Notes: generated from the letters alone by a model not told the origin. DNA of 64,000 nt from Myxococcota bacterium (GCA_039208735.1 JBCCQY010000009.1:34557-98556), one strand, 5' to 3'; shown: positions 55,171 to 64,000, counted from the first letter of the stretch. Made by a program: numbers and translations.

Positions 55171-57081
55171 TTGGCGAGAGATGGCGACGGTGGTCCCGAA
55201 GAAGGCGGTAACGGCAACGACTTCTCGCGTTGGTGGATCCCTGCGCTGGGGCTCGTGTTTCTCGTGGTCGTGGTCGGATTGACCCAGTTTGCGTGGAATC
55301 AACGGGACGAAGGCACATCGTGGACGGAGCTGAAGGAGCTCGTCGCAGACGACCAGATCGAGAAGGTGACGTTCGAAGGCGAATGGGTGCGGGCCCTCAA
55401 GAAGGGCGAGGCAGGGGACCCTGGAACGCAGATGGTCCAGGTCACCCGGGTGCTCGGCGACGAAGGATTCATCGACCTGCTCGAAGCGCACAACGTCGAG
55501 TACACGGCGGTGCAGCCCAACCCCTGTGCGTCCGGCAGCCTCACGTTTCTCATCATTCCACTCATGATGCTGGCGCTGTTTTGGGTCATGATCACGCGCC
55601 AAGGCGGTCCGACTCGCGGCATGGCGGCGTTTGGGCGTAGCAGTGCTTCGATGGCGCCCGAGGAAGGGACCGGGGTCACCTTTGAAGATGTTGCGGGCGT
55701 GGAAGAAGCCGCGGAAGAACTGCAGGAAGTCATCGCGTTTCTTCGTACGCCCGAGAAGTTCACGAGCTTGGGCGGGCGTCCTCCTAAGGGGGTGTTGCTC
55801 GTTGGTCCTCCGGGAACCGGCAAGACGCTGTTGGCGCGTGCGGTTGCGGGCGAAGCCGGCGTGCCCTTCTTCAGCATCTCCGGGTCTGCGTTCGTCGAGA
55901 TGTTCGTGGGCGTCGGCGCCGCACGCGTTCGCGACCTCTTCAAGAACGCCATCGAGCATGCGCCTTGCATCATCTTCATCGACGAACTCGATGCCGTCGG
56001 CAAGGCTCGGGGGGGGACGGGCCCCGCGGGCAACGAAGAGCGCGAGCAGACGCTGAACCAGCTGCTGGTCGAAATGGACGGGTTCGACAACCGCAAGGGC
56101 ATCATCGTGATGGGGGCGACGAACCGGCCTGAAATCCTGGACCGCGCCCTACTCCGGGCGGGTCGTTTCGATCGACAGGTCGTTGTGGATCGGCCCGATG
56201 TGCGGGGTCGCGAAGCCATTTTGAAGGTCCATGCGAAATCGCTGATCCTCGCTGAAGATGTCGACCTGGAGAAGATCGCCAAGCTTACGCCAGGATTCGC
56301 GGGGGCCGACCTCGCCAATGTCCTGAATGAGGCTGCCTTGCTCGCCGCCCGACGGGACCATGTCCGCATCGAGGCGAACGACCTGGGCGATGCTATTGAG
56401 CGTGTGGTTGCGGGGCTCGAGAAAAAGAATCGTCGGCTTTCCGAGCGCGAAAAGCGAACGGTGGCCTATCATGAGTGCGGCCACGCCATCTGTGCCGCGG
56501 CCAGCCCGGGCGCCGACCCCGTCACCAAGATCAGCATCATTCCTCGAGGCATGGCCGCACTTGGGTACACGATGCAGCTGCCCCTCGAAGACCGCTACCT
56601 GATGAGCAAGTCGGAGCTGCTGAACCGCATCACGATTCTCTATGGCGGTCGTGCCGCCGAAGAAATCGTGTTTGGCGATGTGACGACCGGCGCCCACGAC
56701 GACATACGGAAGGCCTCGGACCTCGCTCGTCGGATGGTCGTGGAGTACGGCATGTCCACCGCGATTGGGGCGGTCGACTACAGCGGGGAAGCGCGGGCCA
56801 ACGCGTTTGGGATGGGTACGGCATCGGGCCCGTTGGTGGATGCTAGCCCCGAGACCGCCGAGCAGATCGAGCGCGAGGTGCACAATTTTCTGTCGAGTTG
56901 TCATCAGCGAGCGCGCGACATTCTCCTGGCGAACATGAACATCCTCGAAGAAATGTCAGGAGTACTCCTCACCGAAGAGGTGCTCGACGGCGACCGCATG
57001 CAGTCGTTCCTGTCGCGGGTCCAGCAGGCGGATGGGTTGGCCGAGCCGCCGACCAGTCAGCTCCTCATCGCCGCCGAATGA
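55171..57081 (+). CDS. ftsH: ATP-dependent zinc metalloprotease FtsH
   Basis: Two TM segments, [18 protein letters not shown] region (ATNRPE...GRFDR), HECGH. Confidence 0.97.
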   Translation: MARDGDGGPEEGGNGNDFSRWWIPALGLVFLVVVVGLTQFAWNQRDEGTSWTELKELVADDQIEKVTFEGEWVRALKKGEAGDPGTQMVQVTRVLGDEGFIDLLEAHNVEYTAVQPNPCASGSLTFLIIPLMMLALFWVMITRQGGPTRGMAAFGRSSASMAPEEGTGVTFEDVAGVEEAAEELQEVIAFLRTPEKFTSLGGRPPKGVLLVGPPGTGKTLLARAVAGEAGVPFFSISGSAFVEMFVGVGAARVRDLFKNAIEHAPCIIFIDELDAVGKARGGTGPAGNEEREQTLNQLLVEMDGFDNRKGIIVMGATNRPEILDRALLRAGRFDRQVVVDRPDVRGREAILKVHAKSLILAEDVDLEKIAKLTPGFAGADLANVLNEAALLAARRDHVRIEANDLGDAIERVVAGLEKKNRRLSEREKRTVAYHECGHAICAAASPGADPVTKISIIPRGMAALGYTMQLPLEDRYLMSKSELLNRITILYGGRAAEEIVFGDVTTGAHDDIRKASDLARRMVVEYGMSTAIGAVDYSGEARANAFGMGTASGPLVDASPETAEQIEREVHNFLSSCHQRARDILLANMNILEEMSGVLLTEEVLDGDRMQSFLSRVQQADGLAEPPTSQLLIAAE

Positions 57082-57203
57082 GATCGCGAGCGATCGTTCA
57101 ATGGCCCAGCTTTCAGGCCAGGACTCGTGTTTTATACCTCAGGTAACGGAAAAGACCTCAAGTCTTTTTCCCCTCGGCCGATGATGGGTGCGAGGGGGTT
57201 ACC

Positions 57204-57737
57204 ATGGCGTATCAGCAGCAGTCATCGTCCTTCTGGGTTCGGCTCCGCGGAGCCACCACCCGTGACCGCGCCGCGCCCGAAAATCACTTTGTGGATGCAA
57301 CTCAGTATCCGTCGTTCGGGGTTGCGCCCGAAGATCAGCCCACCGAACTCATCGACCAGAGCCCGTCGAACACGACGCTCCAGGAAGAATCGGGTTTCGA
57401 GATCGAAGGGCTGCGTTCGCCGTCGTCCGCCGTCCGATGTGCGATTCCCGTCACCCTTCGTATGTTGACGGGAAATCCCCGCGCCCTCATCACCCTGCTC
57501 GATGTCGATCACTCGATCGTGCAGGTGGAACACGCGCTTCCAGATCTCGCCACGGTCTGGATTCGCCTGCCGTTCGCGTGCGGCTCCGAGGTGGTCAAGG
57601 GACGGGTGAAAGGCTCTACGCGTCGCACGCCGTCGAGTCCGTGGGAAGTGCTCGTGAAGTTCGAAGTGGCTTCGGCAGGCACGCGCGACGGCCTGGTGGG
57701 CCTTGTGCGTGCCCTTAAGGAACGGTCTCGACGGTAG
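57204..57737 (+). CDS. Hypothetical protein, degenerate PilZ-like C-terminal domain
   Basis: R...PVTL...LLDV...GRV...VKF pattern without clear RxxxR or DxSxxG motifs. Confidence 0.55.
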   Translation: MAYQQQSSSFWVRLRGATTRDRAAPENHFVDATQYPSFGVAPEDQPTELIDQSPSNTTLQEESGFEIEGLRSPSSAVRCAIPVTLRMLTGNPRALITLLDVDHSIVQVEHALPDLATVWIRLPFACGSEVVKGRVKGSTRRTPSSPWEVLVKFEVASAGTRDGLVGLVRALKERSRR

Positions 57738-57814
57738 CCACAAGGCCTCCTCGCTCCATCGCTGGTCTCTGAAACGCCTTCGGCATTGCGCCGAAAGGCG
57801 AGTCGGAGGACACG

Positions 57815-58249
57815 ATGATTGCCTTGTCCCTGCTGTTGGCTTGTGATCAGAGCGCGCTCGAAGCGGGCGCAACCGATTCGGGCGCCGTCACGTACACCCC
57901 CGAGGTGGAACTGCTGTCGCCTGCCCCTGACTCGACCTTCGAGATTGGCGACCGAATCGACTTTGAGTTCTCGGTCTGGGATGGCCCAGACGACATCTCG
58001 GACCTTGCCCTCACCTGGACATTGTCGGGATTGAGGGGACAGCCCTCGTTGAGCGACTTGCGCCTCGATGACCCAGGACGCAACCACGCAACGGCCAGCT
58101 GGCGGACGGCTGAAGCGGGGCAATGGGAGGTGGCCCTGGTCGCGTCCGACCCCGCCCATCGCATCGGTGAAGCCTTTGTCACGTTTTCGGTTGATGACCG
58201 CGTTGTCGACGACCTCGGCCAGCGCTGGATTGTCGAGGGTGTGGAGTAG
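57815..58249 (+). CDS. Ig-like domain lipoprotein
   Basis: GGAGGA RBS, MIALSLLLA-C, PEVELLSP...VASDP Ig pattern. Confidence 0.8.
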   Translation: MIALSLLLACDQSALEAGATDSGAVTYTPEVELLSPAPDSTFEIGDRIDFEFSVWDGPDDISDLALTWTLSGLRGQPSLSDLRLDDPGRNHATASWRTAEAGQWEVALVASDPAHRIGEAFVTFSVDDRVVDDLGQRWIVEGVE

Positions 58250-58321
58250 CGTGCCCTCCCAAGCGCAGGGTGGCCGATTGGTGCGTTACGATGCGGGCTG
58301 GAGGTCGCGCTGACACCGATC

Positions 58322-59731
58322 GTGCTCTTGCCTCAGATCGTGCTGGCCACTCCAGCGTTTCACGGTCCCCCCGACGATGTGGCCCGCGCCACCCGGGCCT
58401 GGGAAGCGGCCAAGGTCTGCTCGGGCCGTGAAGGCTATGCGGCCCGCGACGTCGAGATTCGACATCGGACGATTCCTGGCGGTTTCTTGGGCATCGCCCA
58501 CACGACCTCCGACGGCGAACTCGTACGCATCGACCTCGACAAGACGAGTGGGCACTACCGCGAAGTGCTGGTGCATGAGGTTGCCCACGCGTGGGTCTCC
58601 GATGGACCTTTGGCCTTGGTGGAAGGCGCGGCCGAACTTCTGGCCGATTGCATCGTCGCCCAAGACCCGGGCCTGGCCACGCTGCAGTACGACGATGGCC
58701 GCGACCTTACGGGACTGCCCGACCTTCGCACGTGGGCGCCGCCCGACCAACACGAGCCTGAATCGCTGGGTGCCATCCGTACCGACGCCTACATCGGCGC
58801 GTCCCGATTGCTGCGCACGGTGGCCGAGGTGCTCGATCAGTCGCAGCTCTGGCCGGCCGAAGGGCTGAGCTGGACGAACTTCGAGGCTGCGCTCAACGCC
58901 GCGGGACCCCGCGGCCAAGCCATCCTCGCTGCCCTGCACGGAGGCCCGGTGGCCCAGCGGGAAGCCCTGTCGGACCCCGACCTCGATGGCGTGCCAACCT
59001 TGGCTGAAACCCTTGCGGGCACGAACCCCCATCGCTTCGACACCGATGGCGACGGCTGGTGGGATGGGGCTCGCAATGTGCCCGACGATGCTGTTGCGAT
59101 TCCGCTGGATGGAACTCCGGTCTGCGCAGGGCATCGTCCGGTTCGCGGACAGGCCCTCGACGTGTTGACGGGAGGGAACCTGCGCGGCGCGGACGTACCG
59201 CGGGTGGTGGGACGCTCGAGTGCGGCAGGTGCAACGTTCAAGGCGGAAAGTCGGCGTGCCACGGGGTGGGGGCATGCCACGGCCCTCGTCGGCGGGGGAC
59301 GATCGGTTCTGCTGCAGCTCGACCACAAAGCCGACCATTCAACGGGAGCTGCCTGGGCGCGCATTCGGGGGCGGGACCTCGTTGCCGACCCGGGTTGCCG
59401 GTCCAACGCCCAGCTCACGGTCTGGGCTCATCACCGCAGCGTTGAACGCGACGTGGAACCCTTCTTCGCGGCCCTGCACGGGGCCCGAGATGCCCTGGTG
59501 GAGCGCTTCGGACCAAGCCCTTCGCGCATCGTGGTGCTCCTGGGCGGGACCTCGTCGACGGTGAAAGGCAACGTCGTGGTTCTCGGACCCCACGAACTGG
59601 ACCGAGCCCGCCGTACCGGCGATTGGCGCTCGTTGGCCCTCCTTGCCGTTTCGGTGCAGCACCTGTGGGGCCGTGGGGAGCCGGATTGGACGGGGGCCGA
59701 GGCGCTCGCACGGTCGTTTGGCGCTCGTTAA
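58322..59731 (+). CDS. Secreted gluzincin-like metallopeptidase with Ca-binding repeats
   Basis: VLVHEVAHAW...LVEGAAE; DPDLDGVP and DTDGDGWWDG. Confidence 0.75.
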   Translation: MLLPQIVLATPAFHGPPDDVARATRAWEAAKVCSGREGYAARDVEIRHRTIPGGFLGIAHTTSDGELVRIDLDKTSGHYREVLVHEVAHAWVSDGPLALVEGAAELLADCIVAQDPGLATLQYDDGRDLTGLPDLRTWAPPDQHEPESLGAIRTDAYIGASRLLRTVAEVLDQSQLWPAEGLSWTNFEAALNAAGPRGQAILAALHGGPVAQREALSDPDLDGVPTLAETLAGTNPHRFDTDGDGWWDGARNVPDDAVAIPLDGTPVCAGHRPVRGQALDVLTGGNLRGADVPRVVGRSSAAGATFKAESRRATGWGHATALVGGGRSVLLQLDHKADHSTGAAWARIRGRDLVADPGCRSNAQLTVWAHHRSVERDVEPFFAALHGARDALVERFGPSPSRIVVLLGGTSSTVKGNVVVLGPHELDRARRTGDWRSLALLAVSVQHLWGRGEPDWTGAEALARSFGAR

Positions 59732-60309
59732 GGCCGCAGCAACTTCGACAGGGCCCGAACCACCTCGTCGATGACGACGTCCGCGTCGCCGCCCTTGGCA
59801 GGGAGCACGTCGTCGACAACGAGCACGGCCAACCCATGCACCGTCGACCAGCAAAGGTGGGCGAGGGTTTCGGATGGAATCCCCGGTGCGAGCCCTGCAT
59901 CGTGGGCGCTCTGTGCCAACTGCCGCACCACGCCGTAGGTGTCGGTGGTCGCATCGGGCGGTTCTGTCGCTTCGTGGGCCGTCACAATCGCGCGGTCGAA
60001 CATCACCCGAACGTGCCCTCGGTGAGTCCTTGCGAAGGCGATGTAGGCACGCCCTGCGGCTTCGAGCGCATCGCCCGGGTCGGGCCCCGCGGCATCTGCC
60101 GCCTGCGTGACCGCCGCGGTCAACGACGTGAAGCCATCCGCTGCGATGGCCTGGAGGATCCCAAGTCGGTTGCCGAAGTGGTGGTACGGTGCCTGGTGGC
60201 TGACCCCGGCGCGACGGGCCACCTCGCGAAACGACAGCGCATGAACTCCGCTCTCGGCCACCAGCGCTACGCTTGCATCCACAATCCGCTCCCGCAGCCC
60301 TTTCTCCAC
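59728..60309 (-). CDS. TetR family regulator (WHG-type C-terminal domain)
   Basis: SFREVARRAGVSHQAPYHHF and WSTVHG. GGAGG precedes GTG 60309. Confidence 0.93.
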   Translation of the reverse strand: MEKGLRERIVDASVALVAESGVHALSFREVARRAGVSHQAPYHHFGNRLGILQAIAADGFTSLTAAVTQAADAAGPDPGDALEAAGRAYIAFARTHRGHVRVMFDRAIVTAHEATEPPDATTDTYGVVRQLAQSAHDAGLAPGIPSETLAHLCWSTVHGLAVLVVDDVLPAKGGDADVVIDEVVRALSKLLRP

Positions 60310-60349
60310 CCTTGGCCTCCTGCTTTCCAAGTATCGTCGTCCTACGCAC

Positions 60350-60386
60350 TTGACACTGTCAGGTCTCCGTTGCTAGACACTGTCTA
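60350..60386. promoter_or_regulatory. Two TetR operator palindromes overlapping a sigma-70-like promoter
   Basis: TGACA-C-TGTCA (60351-60361) and TAGACA-C-TGTCTA (60374-60386); TTGACA at 60350. Confidence 0.8.
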
Positions 60387-60398
60387 TCCGGGGGATGG

Positions 60399-60520
60399 AT
60401 GACCTTCGAAGAACACTACGGTCCCTGGGCGGTCGTCACCGGCGCATCGTCGGGGATGGGGCGGTCCATCGCGCAACAACTCTCCGAGCGGGGCCTCGGC
60501 GTTGTGCTGGTGGCGCGCAA
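60399..60520 (+). pseudogene. SDR oxidoreductase, 5' fragment truncated by an insertion
   Basis: YGPWAVVTGASSGMG...VVLVARN Rossmann start. SDR similarity ends at about 60520 and the frame stops at 60581. Confidence 0.88.
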
Positions 60521-60524
60521 TGTT

Positions 60525-60911
60525 GGCCCGGGAGTAACAACCGTGCCACGAGGGGCCATATTGGCGGATTGCGGGCGATAGGGCTCGCCAGTCACGCCGT
60601 TTTCAGGGCCTGGAGCCGCAAACGGTAGAAGGTCCAAATGCGGTAGCAGGTTTAGGGCTCAAGAATGCGTGGTCATCCAAAGCCACCCGACCAGCACGAG
60701 CCCGAGCAGGAGGACCACCCCCAACCCCAAAGGACCCCACCGTACGCGCTGGTGAGGTGGCGATGGGGCGAACCCTGACTCTGTCCCCGTTCCTGGGATG
60801 GGAGGGGCTCCCGAGCCCGCGAGGGTGTTCAGTGCCTGGACAAGCCGCTTCACGCCTTGCCCACAGTCCTTTGGACAAGGCCCGTAAGTAACAACCGTGC
60901 CATGAGGGGCC
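60525..60911. repeat. 33-bp direct repeat pair (60525-60557 and 60879-60911)
   Basis: ggcccg(gg/ta)agtaacaaccgtgcca(c/t)gaggggcc; 30/33 identical. Confidence 0.9.
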
Positions 60912-60956
60912 GTTCTCTTCCAATGTGCTGGACTAAAGCACTAAACGGGGCTGATT

Positions 60957-61027
60957 TGGGCCATGGCCTGAAGCTGTGCGAAACAGGTAGCTAAGACCTT
61001 CACGCAGTGACTTCAGGCCATGGCCCA
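60957..61027. repeat. Long hairpin with a perfect 17-bp inverted repeat
   Basis: tgggccatggcctgaag (60957-60973) and cttcaggccatggccca (61011-61027). Confidence 0.9.
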
Positions 61028-61122
61028 TTTGCGGCGAGATCCCGACGGCCGCGAACGTCGTGGGTTTTGTCCCAGCGCGACGGGGGGGCACCGGGGCACT
61101 CAACCGAGGAAAGGAGCCGCCG

Positions 61123-62528
61123 ATGTCGACCCACACCCCCTGGCGTGCGCTGGGGTTGCTGTGCACGGTTCAGTTCGTGCTCGTCCTGGATGCATCGATC
61201 GTGGCCGTGTCCCTGCCGCAACTGCGGGCCGACCTGGCCCTGCCCGATCATTTGCTACAGTACACCTTGTCGCTGTATGCGGTCGGGTTCGGCGGACTGC
61301 TCGTGTTCGGTGGCCGAGCCGCGGACCTGTACGGGCGACGGCGCTTCCTGCAGCTGGGGATCGCGCTGTTCGGCCTCGCTTCCATGGGGTGCGGCCTCGC
61401 GGCGAACGCCACGGCGCTGCTCGCCGGCCGCACGATGCAGGGCGTCGGGGCGGCCCTGGCATCACCCGCTGCCCTGGCGCTCGTCGTCGATCTGTTCGGC
61501 GAGGAGGATCGACGGGCGACGGTCCTGGGCGCTTGGGGGGCGGTCTCGGCCGCAGGGGGGGCCGCCGGACTCGTCCTCGGCGGCGTGCTGACCGACACCG
61601 TCGGGTGGCGGTGGGTGTTCTACCTGAACGTCCCCGTGTGCCTCGCGGCGGCTGGACTGACCGCGATCTGGTTGCCCGAGCGCAGGTCCTCCGGTGTCGC
61701 TCTCGACGCGATCAGCGCGGCGCTGGTCACGCTGGGGCTCGGGGCGTGGACCTTCGGCTTGACGGAGGTGGAGTCGAGAGAGCTCGCGAGCCCATCGAGC
61801 GGCGGGGCGATGCTCGTGGGCACTGCCCTGCTGATCACCTTCGTGCGACGCCAGCGGGTCGTCGACAATCCCCTCGTCCCCCTGGACCTCTTCGCCCCGA
61901 CCCTGCCCCGCGTCGCCAACCTCGGTGCTGCGATCATCGCAGCGCTGATCGCCGCCCAGAACTTCTTCGGATCCCTGACCCTGCAGCGGGTGCTCGGGCG
62001 CAGTGCGGTCGAGACGGGCTTCGCGATTCTGCCCGTCACGATCCTAGCTACACTGGGATCGGCCCTGGCCGGCATGGTGGTTCGGCGCCTCGGGGTACGG
62101 GGGGCGCTCGTCACGGGCCTCGTCGTCATGGGAGGAGGCCTCGGGCTGTTGGTGGGGGTCGACTCCGCCTGGTCGGCCCTCGATCTCGCGCCTGGCTTCG
62201 GCATCTCGGCTTCGGTCTCGGCGTGGGTTTCGTCGCCGTGACCGAGGGTGCTACGGCGGGGGTTGCCCCGGAGCGCCGGGGGCTCGCCTCGGCCGTCCTC
62301 AACACCAGCAATCAGGTCGGTTTCGCAGTCGGCGTCGCCGCCCTCAGCGGGCTCGCCGTCGCTACGACGCGCTCGGCGGCCGACCCGACGGGACTCGAGG
62401 CCCTCGTCGCGGGCTACCGAGCTGCCTTCGTCGCTTCCGCCGCTCTTGCTCTGCTCACCGCCATCGCGGTGGGCCTCGCCTGGCACACCGCCGCGCCCGC
62501 GCTCAACCCACGAGGAGACGCCCGATGA
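61123..62528 (+). pseudogene. MFS transporter (DHA2, 14-TM type) with a 1-nt frameshift at about 62205
   Basis: LDASIVAVSLP, GRAADLYGRRR, WRWVFYLNVP. The C-terminal TMs (GLASAVLNTSNQVGFAVG) are in another frame. Confidence 0.88.
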
Positions 62529-63610
62529 GCCACGACAAGTTCACCATCGACATCGAGGATGCGGTCCTCGACGACCTGAAGGACCGGCTCCGGCGCACGC
62601 GTTGGCCCGACGCCGTGGCCCCCGGGTGGGGCTACGGCATGGATCTAGACGTGTTGAAGGAGTTCGTGGCCGCCTGGGAGGCGTTCGACTGGCGAGCTGC
62701 CGAGGCGCGGCTGAACCAGTTCCCCCAGTTCCGGGCCGACGTGGACGGCACCACGATCCACTTCGTGCAGGTGCGTGGAGAGGCGAAGGAGGGCCGGCGG
62801 CCGTTGATGTTGCTGCACGGATGGCCCTCGTCGTTCGTCCAGATGCTGCCGATCTGCGAGCGGCTCTCCGAGCGCTTCGATCTCGTGATCCCCTCGCTTC
62901 CGGGGTTCGGGTTCTCGTCGCGGCCCACCGAGCTGGGCATGCACGTCGGTCGAATCGGGGAGCTGATGCACCAGCTGATGACCGAGCTCGGCTACGACCG
63001 CTACGGCCTGCGGTCGAGCGATCTGGGTGCGGGCGTCGCGGGTGCGATGTGCCTGTCGTTCCCCGAGGCCGTGATCGGCTCTCACGAGTCGGGGACCAAC
63101 CCCTTCGTGCCGCAGGTCCCCGACGACCTCACCCCGGAGGAGGAGACCTTCGTTCAGCAGGCCCAGCAGTGGATGCAGACCGAGATGAGCTACGCCATGC
63201 AGCAGTCTTCCAAGCCGCAGACCCTGGCGCCGGCCCTCAACGACTCTCCCGCGGGCATGGCCGCGTGGATGCTGGAGAAGTTCGAGCGGTGGAGTGACGG
63301 CGGGTTGGCGGCCTACGATCGGGACGGGCTGCTCACGAACCTCTCCATCTACTGGGCTACGCAGACCATCGGCTCGTCGATCCGGCTGTACGCGGAGACG
63401 GTGCGGGCCCCCGGCGCCTGGGGACGCTCGGAGGTGCCGCGCGGCTACGCGATGCTGCCTGCCGACATGTTCCCCACGCCGCGCCACTGGGTGGAGCGGA
63501 ATGCCCGGGTGGATCGGTGGACCGTCCTGCCGCGGGGCGGTCACTTCGGCGAGTGGGAGGTCCCGGACCTTCTCGCCCCGGAGATCGAGGCGTTCTTCGA
63601 AAGGCTCTAG
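62525..63610 (+). CDS. Epoxide hydrolase (EHN domain + alpha/beta hydrolase)
   Basis: LRRTRWP, FDWR, HGWP, nucleophile motif SDLG, LNDSPAG, GGHF. Confidence 0.94.
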   Translation: MSHDKFTIDIEDAVLDDLKDRLRRTRWPDAVAPGWGYGMDLDVLKEFVAAWEAFDWRAAEARLNQFPQFRADVDGTTIHFVQVRGEAKEGRRPLMLLHGWPSSFVQMLPICERLSERFDLVIPSLPGFGFSSRPTELGMHVGRIGELMHQLMTELGYDRYGLRSSDLGAGVAGAMCLSFPEAVIGSHESGTNPFVPQVPDDLTPEEETFVQQAQQWMQTEMSYAMQQSSKPQTLAPALNDSPAGMAAWMLEKFERWSDGGLAAYDRDGLLTNLSIYWATQTIGSSIRLYAETVRAPGAWGRSEVPRGYAMLPADMFPTPRHWVERNARVDRWTVLPRGGHFGEWEVPDLLAPEIEAFFERL

Positions 63611-63614
63611 GCGT

Positions 63615-63839
63615 TCAACCGCCTCGGGCGTACACGGCTGGCGTGAGTCCGAGGCGCTTCTTCATGTGGCGACCGAGGTGGGATTGGTCGTAGAAGCCGC
63701 ACCGCATGGCGGCCATCGCGGGGTCCATCCCCAGCCGGAGGTCCCCCCGCGCCCTCGAGAGCCTCACCATCAGTTGGTACTGGTGAGGCGTGGTTCCGAG
63801 CTCCCGACGGAACAGGCGGGTCAACGCGTGAGGCGGGGT
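63615..63839 (-). pseudogene. AraC-family regulator, C-terminal HTH fragment
   Basis: LTRLFRRELGTTPHQY...CGFYDQSHL...GLTPAVY; the 5' part is replaced by IS3 sequence. Confidence 0.85.
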
Positions 63840-64000
63840 TCGCGTCGGCTCCGCGAGCTCGAGCGCGAGAACGAGCGGCTGAAGAAGGTGGTGGCCGAGC
63901 TGAGTCTCGACAAGGCGGTGCTTCGAGAGGCTCTGGCAAAAAAGTGAAGAGCCCGGCCCATTACCGCTTGCTGGTGACCCATGTGCAGGATCAGTTCGGC
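63840..64000 (+). mobile_element. IS3-family (IS407-group-like) remnant: orfA tail, -1 frameshift site, orfB start
   Basis: RRLRELERENERLKKVVAELSLDKAVLREALAKK*; A-AAA-AAG at 63938-63944; the -1 frame reads VKSPAHYRLLVTHVQDQFG. Confidence 0.88.

Larger units (their letters stand above)
60521..64000. mobile_element. Inserted element/island; left end begins TGT and it continues beyond the window
   Basis: Interrupts the SDR gene. Carries duplicated 33-bp end-like motifs, gene fragments, cargo genes and an IS3 remnant. Confidence 0.65.

Noticed and set aside
57148..57171. Hairpin GGAAAAGAC-CTCAA-GTCTTTTTCC after ftsH as an ncRNA or terminator
   Set aside because: Short AT-rich stem about 70 bp from the stop; not enough support for either call.
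60525..60911. CRISPR array from the 33-bp repeats
   Set aside because: Only two copies, 321 bp apart, and no cas genes.
60930..61040. Integron attC site or c-di-GMP riboswitch
   Set aside because: No properly placed RYYYAAC/GTTRRRY boxes and no GEMM P1 tetraloop architecture that I could confirm. No integrase lies in the window.

Overview
High-GC bacterial chromosome segment, most likely from the Myxococcota, judged from three MYXO-CTERM-type C-termini, DUF1592/DUF2330 proteins, a TraB-like OmpA protein, many lipoproteins and a Ser/Thr pseudokinase. Bases 1 to about 60,500 are gene-dense core genome. They carry acyl-CoA and amino-acid catabolism genes (icmF, kbl, a fused E1 alpha/beta, a RamB-type regulator divergent from aceB-aceA), miaE, ftsH, a VanX-family dipeptidase, a PGM1-type ATP-grasp ligase, a 5-heme cytochrome c and many secreted or surface proteins. 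At about 60,521 an inserted element starting TGT truncates an SDR gene. It carries two 33-bp repeats, a long hairpin, a frameshifted MFS, an epoxide hydrolase, a truncated AraC gene and a 5'-truncated IS3. Main observations: (1) a single ORF fusing an ECF sigma factor, ankyrin repeats and a stripped-down F1-ATPase beta domain; (2) recurrent ultrashort signal peptides with no basic residue; (3) a thrombospondin-like MYXO-CTERM surface protein translationally coupled to a TraB-like OmpA barrel. No tRNA, rRNA or CRISPR array was seen. Family calls come from motif recognition by eye, not database searches.
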